Shown piece by piece: positions 9,816-17,486 of a DNA stretch of 64,000 nucleotides. The translations under genes were made by a program, and so were the position numbers. Below the pieces are notes generated by a model. It saw only the letters and a program-made list of their open reading frames with translations, was not told the DNA's origin and made no database searches. This DNA is from Chloroflexota bacterium (GTDB lineage Bacteria > Chloroflexota > Dehalococcoidia > UBA2979): assembly GCA_027593235.1 (NCBI GenBank), contig JAQCIU010000001.1, forward strand, positions 1 to 64,000, read 5' to 3'. How positions within the stretch are numbered: position 1 is the stretch's first letter; every line of letters starts with the position of its first letter.

Positions 9816-9891
9816 TGGTGCGCCCGGGAGGATTCGAACCTCCGGCCTCTGCCTCCGCAGGGCAGCGCTCTATCCCCTGAGCTACGAGCGC
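9816..9891 (-). tRNA. tRNA-Arg(GCG)
   Basis: GCGCTCGTAGCTCAGGGGATAGAGCG-CTGCC-CTGCGGA-GGCAG-AGGCC-GGAGG-TTCGAAT-CCTCC-CGGGCGC-ACCA; full cloverleaf with encoded CCA. Confidence 0.95.
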
Positions 9892-9895
9892 ACGA

Positions 9896-9982
9896 TGGTG
9901 CCGAAGGTGAGACTCGAACTCACACGGGCGTGAGCCCACTACGCCCTGAACGTAGCGCGTCTGCCAATTCCGCCACTTCGGC
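9896..9982 (-). tRNA. tRNA-Leu(CAG)
   Basis: GCCGAAGTGGCGGAATTGGCAGACGCG-CTACG-TTCAGGG-CGTAG, long variable arm, TTCGAGT T-loop, CCA. Confidence 0.95.
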
Positions 9983-10025
9983 ACGAACAAAACCCCGGCG
10001 ACGTGTACCAGTCAGTCAGGCCAGC

Positions 10026-10102
10026 TGGTGGGCGGTACTGGGCTCGAACCAGTGACCTCTCGCGTGTGAAGCGAGCGCTCGTACCAACTGAGCTAACCGC
10101 CC
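10026..10102 (-). tRNA. tRNA-Val(CAC)
   Basis: GGGCGGTTAGCTCAGTTGGTACGAGCG-CTCGC-TTCACAC-GCGAG...TTCGAGC...ACCGCCCACCA. Confidence 0.95.
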
Positions 10103-10441
10103 GCGATCACGCTGCCGGGGAAACAGCGTATCCGTGCCGCTCCCCTGCGAACAACTGGGCCATCCCTGACTGCCTGCCAGAACCCCACCTGAGCGGCGGA
10201 AAACCCGCTCCCACGACCCGCGTGCAGGCTGCGGCCACGCGACTGCGTCCGCCGCTCCGAACTCGTCGCCACGGCGCTCGGTCGCGAGCCGCGCGGCGGC
10301 CACATCACCGGTCGGCAGTTCCCTGCCCCGCCCGCCCGCGAGGTCCGCCACCGCGCCTGCGCGCTCCCGCCGGTGCCGTCGCCTCGTATATTCGGGCACG
10401 ACACCTCGATCACTGCTGATCCCTGCGGGCTGGAGAAACAC

Positions 10442-11191
10442 ATGACCTCTGTCAAAGAAATGCTGAAGTCCGGGCAAACCGTTGTCGGCACCACCGCCTC
10501 CGTGGCGAGCGACATGACCTTCCTCGGCGACTCCGGCTACGACTTCATCCTCTTCGATACCCAGCACTCGCCGGTCGACGTGAAGCAGCTCATCCCCGTG
10601 GTCCAGTCCCTCCGAGGGAAGAGCGCCACCCCGATCATCCGCGTCAGCGACAACCGCCCGGATCTGATCTGCTTCGCCCTCGATGCCGGAGCGCGCGGCA
10701 TCATCGTGCCGATGGTGAACACCGCGCAGCAGGCCGCCGATATGGTCCAGTATTGCCGCTACCACCCGCTCGGTGAGCGCAGCAACGCCGGCATCCGCGG
10801 TGAGTGGGGCGACTTCCCCAACTACCGTGACTACCTGAACCACGTGAACGACAACCTGGTCATCATCCCGATGATCGAGACCATCGAGGCGATGGAGAAC
10901 ATCGACGCAATCTGCAGTGTCGACGGCGTCGACGTGTTGCTCGTCGGCCCCTCGGACCTCTCGATCGCCCTCGAGGTCCCGCTCGACTACGAGTCGGCCG
11001 CCTACCAGGCGGGCCTCGACAAGATCGCCGAGGCCTGCAAGCGCCACGGCGTGGTCCCCGGCATGTACTTCATCCCGCCGGGCATGGACCCCAACTTCTA
11101 CGTCGAGAAGGGCTTCAAGTTCTTCACGCTGCCGTGGAACGACTGGTCAGTGACCGGCGTCCAGAACGGCCTCGCAGGGATCACCCGCTAG
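10442..11191 (+). CDS. HpcH/HpaI aldolase family protein
   Basis: YDFILFDTQH, ALDAGARGIIVPMV, PMIET, VGPSDLS motifs. Confidence 0.88.
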   Translation: MTSVKEMLKSGQTVVGTTASVASDMTFLGDSGYDFILFDTQHSPVDVKQLIPVVQSLRGKSATPIIRVSDNRPDLICFALDAGARGIIVPMVNTAQQAADMVQYCRYHPLGERSNAGIRGEWGDFPNYRDYLNHVNDNLVIIPMIETIEAMENIDAICSVDGVDVLLVGPSDLSIALEVPLDYESAAYQAGLDKIAEACKRHGVVPGMYFIPPGMDPNFYVEKGFKFFTLPWNDWSVTGVQNGLAGITR

Positions 11192-11293
11192 CCCCCACGC
11201 GGTGACTGCGCGGCTATCGCGCGGTCACCGCGAACGAGGTCTGCAAGCCCTACCCCGCCCCGAACCCTCCGGACCGTCTTCCGGCGGCAGCGG

Positions 11294-12214
11294 CTAGCGG
11301 CCGCTGACGCCGATTCCCAGCGACGTCGCCGGATCGAGCGCCTCCGCCAGCGCACGTAACCCGAACGCCGAGAGCAGCGGTTCAACGTCCTCCGCCGCGA
11401 TCGCCACCGACACCTGCCCCACGAAGCTCGCCGCCACCTCCGCTTCGTCGAAGGTCACGATCAGCCGTCCCGCCGCGTCGAAGCCCAGCGTGTCGTACAG
11501 CTCTATTGGCGGTGTCGGCACGTCGAGGTCAATCCCGTCATCGGGTCGGTCCCGCGCGATCACCGCCGCTACGAGCGTCCGTAACCGCTCGATCGACGCG
11601 TTGTCCTTGATCAGCGCCACCGCCGGCATCGCCTCGCCGCCCTGTAGGTCGAACCAGATCGTCGTGCTGCTCTCCGCGCCGTTCGCGCCGAAGAAGCGGT
11701 AGGTGTCCAGCCGCACGCCGATCACGTCCGCGGACGCCACCAGCAAGCGCCACGTCAGCGTCAGCTCCTGTGGAATGCGCCCGTCCGGTAACGGCGTCGG
11801 CGTCCCGATCTGCGCCGAGAACTCGTCGATCTGCCGCTGGACCTCGGCGGCTACCGCCGCGTTGAACGGATCGAGGCTCGCGATCCGCGGGTACCGCACA
11901 TCGAGGCCGAACGGCGCGCCAATGCGCGCGTCGGTGACCTCGCCTAACCCCTGGATGCCGCGGCCGCTCACCGTCGCCGGTTCCGGGTTCAGCTCCGGCT
12001 CGGCAGGGCCGGTCGGCTCCGCTGTCGGCTCGGTCGTCGCTGTGGCGCTCTCCGTCGGCGTTGGTGACAGCGTCGCTGTCGCCTCGATGGTCGCGATCGG
12101 CGAGGGGGCGCTCGTCGGGGTCGGGGAGGCGGTCGGCGTGTCGTCCTCGGAACCGCACCCCGCCAGCAGCAACAGGCAGAGCAATGCAGTGAGCGCGGTC
12201 AACAGTCGAGGCAC
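11294..12214 (-). CDS. Lipoprotein, DUF3298/RsiV-like
   Basis: Lipobox LAGC, Pro/Thr linker, VRYPRI, GRLIVTFDEAEVA. Confidence 0.65.
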   Translation of the reverse strand: MPRLLTALTALLCLLLLAGCGSEDDTPTASPTPTSAPSPIATIEATATLSPTPTESATATTEPTAEPTGPAEPELNPEPATVSGRGIQGLGEVTDARIGAPFGLDVRYPRIASLDPFNAAVAAEVQRQIDEFSAQIGTPTPLPDGRIPQELTLTWRLLVASADVIGVRLDTYRFFGANGAESSTTIWFDLQGGEAMPAVALIKDNASIERLRTLVAAVIARDRPDDGIDLDVPTPPIELYDTLGFDAAGRLIVTFDEAEVAASFVGQVSVAIAAEDVEPLLSAFGLRALAEALDPATSLGIGVSGR

Positions 12215-12336
12215 GGATCATCCAACTTCTCGGTGGTGGTGCGCCGAGTGTAAGTCTTCGAGTGCGTAGGCGGTCGCGAGGGCGATTCGCCCCACGACGT
12301 ATATTGACGCCGGTTCGAGTATCGAGGAGAAGACCG

Positions 12337-13317
12337 ATGGACGTCCGCGACCGAGTCGACCCCGCCTACCGCGCGCTCATGGAACAGATGGCCGCTAACC
12401 CGGTCGACTGGTCCAACCCGGCCAAAGTCCGCGCCGATCGCGCGGCGCTGATGCCAGCGCCCGAGGTCGCGACCGGCGTCGATTGGGCTGACCATGCGGC
12501 GCCCGGCCCCACGGCGGCGTTGGACCCATCCAGCCCGGGTGGTGCGCCAGACGTCACCGTCCGCACCTACCGGAAGACCGACTCCACCGGCGCGCATGCC
12601 GCCATTTACTGGATCCACGGCGGCGGCTACATGGGCGGTACCCACGACGGGAACAACGACACCGCCTCCGAGTGGGCGCGCGACCTCGGCGCGGTCGTCG
12701 CTTCCGTCGACTACCGCCTCGCGCCCGAGCACCCCTACCCCGCGCCGATCGAGGACTGCTACGCCGGCCTCAAGTGGCTCGTCGCCAACGCCGCCAGGCT
12801 CGGCGTCGACCCCAACCGCATCATCATCGCCGGCGGCAGCGCCGGCGCCGGCCTCGCCGCCGCGCTCGCGCTCCTCGTGCGTGACCGCGGCGAGCTGAAT
12901 GTCACGCACCAGGTCCTCATCTACCCGATGATCGACGACACCCGCACCACCGCCTCCAGCCAGTGGACGAGCTGGGTCTGGACCAAGGAGAGCAACAACA
13001 CGGGCTGGCGCGCCTACCTCGGCGACCTCTTCGGCACCGACGCCGTTCCGCCCTACGCCGCTCCCACCCGTGCCACCAACCTCGCGGGCCTCCCCGCCGC
13101 GTACGTCATGGTCGGCACGCTCGATCTCTTCCTCGACGAAGACCTCGAATACGCGCGCCGTCTCATCGAGGCCGGCGTTCCCACCGAGCTGAAGGTGTAC
13201 CCCGGCGCCCCCCACGGCTTCGACACCCCCCGCCTCGGTGGCAAAGCCGAACTCGGCAAACGCGCCCACGGCGACACGAAGGACTACCTCCGCCGCGCAA
13301 TCGCCTCGACCGCGTAG
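12337..13317 (+). CDS. Alpha/beta hydrolase (HSL-type esterase)
   Basis: HGGGY, VDYRLAPEHPYPA, GGSAG nucleophile elbow, HGF. Confidence 0.92.
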   Translation: MDVRDRVDPAYRALMEQMAANPVDWSNPAKVRADRAALMPAPEVATGVDWADHAAPGPTAALDPSSPGGAPDVTVRTYRKTDSTGAHAAIYWIHGGGYMGGTHDGNNDTASEWARDLGAVVASVDYRLAPEHPYPAPIEDCYAGLKWLVANAARLGVDPNRIIIAGGSAGAGLAAALALLVRDRGELNVTHQVLIYPMIDDTRTTASSQWTSWVWTKESNNTGWRAYLGDLFGTDAVPPYAAPTRATNLAGLPAAYVMVGTLDLFLDEDLEYARRLIEAGVPTELKVYPGAPHGFDTPRLGGKAELGKRAHGDTKDYLRRAIASTA

Positions 13318-13405
13318 CGGGGGACCGCCGACCCTTCTGCCCTACACCCCGCGGCTCGTCTTTGGTATCAACGCCTGACGTCGGGGGACCTCGGATGGAT
13401 GGCCT

Positions 13406-16400
13406 ATGTCTGTTGATCGCCGCGTGCGCTGGCTCGTTTCACTTGCCCTGGCGGTGGCCGTGGGCGCCGCCGTCCTCGTCACCGGCGGCTCGTCCCGCTC
13501 GGTCGAGGCGGTGCCGGCGCTCCCGCCGGTCGCTGACGTCGAGGCGCGCGAGCAAGCCCAGCCAGCTTGTCCCGACGCGGTCGGCGGTCTGGGGATCACG
13601 CAGTTCCAACAGCGCTCCGGGAACCTCACCTCCAGTCAGACGCTGGGCTGCACCTATTCGGCTCCGGTGGGGACCATCGGTCAGGCGCGCCTGTTGCTGC
13701 GTTGGAACGACCCGGCGACGACGGTGTCGCAGCAGTGCCACAGCGAAACCGAGCTGCGCGAGGAGCGAACAACGAGTAACGGGAACCCCGTGGTCACGCT
13801 CTGGAGCGCTACCCACCAGATCCAGGTGGAGGCGGTGATCGTCCAGCAAGGAAGCGCAGGCGGCATCGCCGATGCCGAGGCTGTGGCTGCCGCCTGGTTG
13901 GCGTCTCAGGAATTGATTGCGTTCCCCTGCGCGCCGGACCCGGAACCGATCGTGCCCGGCAGCCTTGCCTGTCCGCCGCGGATCGATGACCTGGTCTGGC
14001 TGGGCTACTACAGCTCAGGCCCCGACATCGGCCTGCCGGCGGAGCGCTTCGCCGGGACCACGCAGCTTCCCGGGCTACAACTGGGCTGCTCGTACCAGGC
14101 CGCGTACGACGATGTCGAGGCGCGCGCGAGCATCAACGTGACCTGGGTCGAGCCCGGCGGGACACCGCCGCGCGACGAGGAGTGCCGCGATTTCGGTCGC
14201 GATCGCACTGTGTATAGCGCCGCGAAGGCGGCTCGAGCCTCATACGACGACCCGTCGCGTTTCGCGGCTGCCGCGTCCGAGGATGCCGTTCGCGAGGCGA
14301 TGCTCGCGTTGTTCGATGCGGCGGAGCAGCGCGCCGCCGCCTGTCCGCAGGCCGAGATCGCGACGCCCACCGAGACGACGGAGAGCCCAACACCGTCGGC
14401 CACCTCGGCGCCCAACAGTTGCGCACCGCGCGGGGTGGTCATGGACCACGCCGGCGACCCGATGGTCGGGCTGCGTGTGCGCTTGCACCTCAATGGCGAG
14501 GTCGCCGACCAGCGCGTCACGGACGGCTCGGGCGCCTTCGAGTTCTCGGAGCTGGACTTCCTGGCGGAGTCCTACGGCTTCGACCTCGCGAATGACCGCT
14601 ACGAGGTGGGCGTCGTGCTGCGCGACGCGATCGACGGCGAGGCGCGCTTCCAGATCCACTACGGCAGCGACGCCGTGCTGCCCGACGTGCGGCGCACCGC
14701 GAAGACGGTCGAGGACGACCCGAGCTGTGAGAACAGCTTCGCCTTCGCGGACATCAACGACGACGACTACCGCGTCGAACTCGGACCGGATACGCCGGCC
14801 AAATGGCGCAGTCTCGCGTTCTCGTACCAGCACATCCGCATCGCCTGGAACTTCGCGACCGACGTGCTGGGCGTGACCTTCGATAACGAGCTGCCGCTGA
14901 AGGTGTACACGTACTGCTCGGGCAGCCCGCAGGGTTGGTGGGGCCTCGGCAACTGCGGGACGACGGCCGCATCGTTCCTCGGGCCGGTCACGCAAGACCG
15001 GCAACAGGACGGGTCACCGCTGATCCAGTTCAGCTCCGGCTTCGGTCGCGGCAAACTGGCTGGCGGCGACCGGCCGGTGAACGGCGAGTACCACGAGCTG
15101 GGTCACGCGCTGATGTCCGACAGCTTCGGCAACCTGATGCCGGGCCGCGCGGATGAGACGAACCACGCCGGCTTCGCGAACCCGACCTCGACCGACTCCT
15201 GGACCGAGGGCTTTGCCGAGTGGTTCGCCGCGATGGTGCAGCGCGAGACGGTCGGCGGGAGCTGGTGGCTCTACCCGATCAGCGGGCGACACAGCATTGA
15301 GGATGACCGCAAGCCCACGGTCGGCGGCAAGCACAACGAGGAGCTGTCGATCGCCGGTGTCCTGGTCGATATGGTCGACAGCAGCGCCGACTACGCCGCC
15401 CCGACCGGGCGCGCGCTGACGCTGCTGCAAGCGGCATTCATCGACGATCCCGACGATCCGGACGCAAACCTCTATATCGCGGAGTTCCGCAACGACACGA
15501 ATAGCGTCCAGCGGGACATCGGGTTCAGCGTCGACTACGGCGGCTTCGCCGGCGCGTTCGCCAGCCGGATCGACGGGATCGTCGACCCCGCGGTGCTCGC
15601 GCCGGGCGAGGTGGGCCAGGCGGTGGCGGTGCTGCCGCCCAGCGTGACGTCCGGTCAGGTGAACAGCGTCCGCATCGAGGGCTTCTCGACGCAGGATGAC
15701 GACGCGGTCAGCCACACGCCGCGCGAGGTCTGGGACGTGATCGTCGGCTACCGGGGCAGCGGTGAGCCCGGCAACGGCTTCGTGATCGACATGTCCGAGC
15801 TGTACGAGGCGCTGATCACCGGCTTCCCCGACGAAGCCGATGCGATCGACCAGATCTTCGTCAACCACGGCTGGTACGCCGACCTGGGCGACACGCCGAA
15901 CGGCCAGTATGACGAGGGCGAACCGATTGGCGTGACCAGCAAGGACGGCGCGGCGATCCGCACCGCGCCCGACCGCGACGTGGTCTTCGACGCACGCCTC
16001 GATACCGGCGCGGTCGCCAGCCGCGCGTTCGTGCAGGTGCTCTACCCCGAGCCGCGCGAGGCGCTCTCGTACGCCTTTGAGGCGCCCGTCGATCCGGACA
16101 GTGGCACGATCGCCCTCGCGGTCCCGCCGCCGGAGAGCGGCGCCGTCCTGCGCATCGTGCTCAGCGCCGACGGCCACCTCCCGGTGGTCCTCGATGACAT
16201 CGAGGCGGCGACGTTCTGGGCGGACGCCGAGGCGAACGGCTACCAGCCGTTCGTGGAGCTGGAGGCGACGCTGCGCGAGGGCAACGCATTCGGCGCGGAG
16301 GACGACGGCTCGTCGCTACCGCTGCCGCTGCTGGCCGGGGCGGCGGCTGCTGTCGTCGCGGTCCTCGGTGGTGGCGGATGGCTGATGCGACGGCGCGGAC

Positions 16401-16417
16401 GCGGGGTGGCCGCGTAG
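13406..16417 (+). CDS. Large cell-surface protein with gluzincin-type metallopeptidase motif
   Basis: Signal peptide; Cys-paired N-terminal domains; carboxypeptidase-regulatory-like segment (TDGSGAFEF); HELGH + WTEGFAE; C-terminal TM helix + RRRGR tail. Confidence 0.7.
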   Translation: MSVDRRVRWLVSLALAVAVGAAVLVTGGSSRSVEAVPALPPVADVEAREQAQPACPDAVGGLGITQFQQRSGNLTSSQTLGCTYSAPVGTIGQARLLLRWNDPATTVSQQCHSETELREERTTSNGNPVVTLWSATHQIQVEAVIVQQGSAGGIADAEAVAAAWLASQELIAFPCAPDPEPIVPGSLACPPRIDDLVWLGYYSSGPDIGLPAERFAGTTQLPGLQLGCSYQAAYDDVEARASINVTWVEPGGTPPRDEECRDFGRDRTVYSAAKAARASYDDPSRFAAAASEDAVREAMLALFDAAEQRAAACPQAEIATPTETTESPTPSATSAPNSCAPRGVVMDHAGDPMVGLRVRLHLNGEVADQRVTDGSGAFEFSELDFLAESYGFDLANDRYEVGVVLRDAIDGEARFQIHYGSDAVLPDVRRTAKTVEDDPSCENSFAFADINDDDYRVELGPDTPAKWRSLAFSYQHIRIAWNFATDVLGVTFDNELPLKVYTYCSGSPQGWWGLGNCGTTAASFLGPVTQDRQQDGSPLIQFSSGFGRGKLAGGDRPVNGEYHELGHALMSDSFGNLMPGRADETNHAGFANPTSTDSWTEGFAEWFAAMVQRETVGGSWWLYPISGRHSIEDDRKPTVGGKHNEELSIAGVLVDMVDSSADYAAPTGRALTLLQAAFIDDPDDPDANLYIAEFRNDTNSVQRDIGFSVDYGGFAGAFASRIDGIVDPAVLAPGEVGQAVAVLPPSVTSGQVNSVRIEGFSTQDDDAVSHTPREVWDVIVGYRGSGEPGNGFVIDMSELYEALITGFPDEADAIDQIFVNHGWYADLGDTPNGQYDEGEPIGVTSKDGAAIRTAPDRDVVFDARLDTGAVASRAFVQVLYPEPREALSYAFEAPVDPDSGTIALAVPPPESGAVLRIVLSADGHLPVVLDDIEAATFWADAEANGYQPFVELEATLREGNAFGAEDDGSSLPLPLLAGAAAAVVAVLGGGGWLMRRRGRGVAA

Positions 16418-16572
16418 CGCTCGGCCGAGACGATGGCGCTGTCGGCGCGGCGGGCGGCGCTCCAACCTCGGAGGTGAGTCAGACGCGCAGGAATCCGGGA
16501 CCGGCGGATTCATGCGCGTGGTACGGTGCGCGCGTCAAATCGTTCCGTCCGCGCCCGGCGCGGACTGAGCGG

Positions 16573-16756
16573 CGTTCTCGGGGCGGGGTGTAACTCCCCA
16601 CCGGCGGTGATCGCGTACGGGACTCTGTCCCACGCGGCAGCCCGCGAGCTTCGAGGTGGCCCAGGGAGCGCTTCGCTCCCGCAAGACTCCGGCCGCCTTG
16701 TTGCCGATTCGGTGCGAATCCGAAGCCGACGGTCACAGTCCGGATGGGAGAGAACG
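16573..16756 (+). ncRNA. FMN riboswitch (RFN element)
   Basis: CGTTCTCGGGGCGGGGTGTAACTCCCCACCGGCGGT...AGCCCGCGAGC...GATTCGGTGCGAATCCGAAGCCGACGGTCACAGTCCGGATGGGAGAGAACG; directly upstream of ribH; GTTCCCTGC (16811-16819) can sequester the SD region GCAGGGAGT. Confidence 0.93.
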
Positions 16757-16858
16757 ACACGACCTGCGCCCGAGCGTGCTGCTGCGCGTGTGGGCGCGGT
16801 GGTCCGTGCCGTTCCCTGCCAGAGCGCGTCTTCCGAGGCGCCACGAGCAGGGAGTTCC

Positions 16859-17368
16859 ATGTCCAACGCCACCACCTTCGCCGCCTCGGATGTCGCGATC
16901 GCCGACGCGCTCGGCACCAAACGCATTGCCTTCATCCAGGCGACCTGGCACCGCGAGATCGTCGATCAGGCGCGCGACGCATTCCTCGAGGAACTCGCGC
17001 GGCAGGGTGTCCCGTCCGAGGCCGTCGATCTCTTCGAGGTGCCGGGCAGCCTCGAGATCCCGTTGCAGACGCAGTTGCTGTGCCGGACCGGGCGTTACGC
17101 GGCCGTCGTCGCGGCGGGGCTGATCGTCGACGGTGGGATCTACCGCCACGAATTCGTCGCCGCGACGGTCCTCGACGCGATGATGAAGGTGCAGCTCGAG
17201 ACGGTCGTGCCGGTGCTGTCGGCCGTACTGACGCCGCAACGCTTCCACGAACACCAGGAGCACCTGACGTTCTTCCGCGAGCACTTCACCGTGAAGGGCG
17301 CGGAGGTCGCCGTCGCCTGCGTCGCGACGATTCGCAACCTGCAGCGCGTCCGCGACCTGGTGGTGTAG
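16859..17368 (+). CDS. ribH: 6,7-dimethyl-8-ribityllumazine synthase, type II
   Basis: IAFIQATWHREIV, VPGSLEIP, DGGIYRHEFVA, HFTVKG are RibH2 signatures. Confidence 0.92.
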   Translation: MSNATTFAASDVAIADALGTKRIAFIQATWHREIVDQARDAFLEELARQGVPSEAVDLFEVPGSLEIPLQTQLLCRTGRYAAVVAAGLIVDGGIYRHEFVAATVLDAMMKVQLETVVPVLSAVLTPQRFHEHQEHLTFFREHFTVKGAEVAVACVATIRNLQRVRDLVV

Positions 17369-17486
17369 CCGGGTGTGACGGGGCGGGGCGTGAGCGGGCA
17401 GCCGGACGTGACCCTACCGGGGCACAACCGGGAATGAGTCCCGCTTGCTTGGCCCGCGGGTTATGGTGCGCGCGGAGGCGAGCCCC

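Noticed and set aside
9700-9816. Integrative element at the tRNA-Arg 3' end
   Set aside because: No integrase, and no duplicated tRNA 3' end found in the window by eye
8503-9990. 495-aa ORF call for the NHL protein
   Set aside because: The N-terminal extension runs through two tRNA genes; the likely start is 9558
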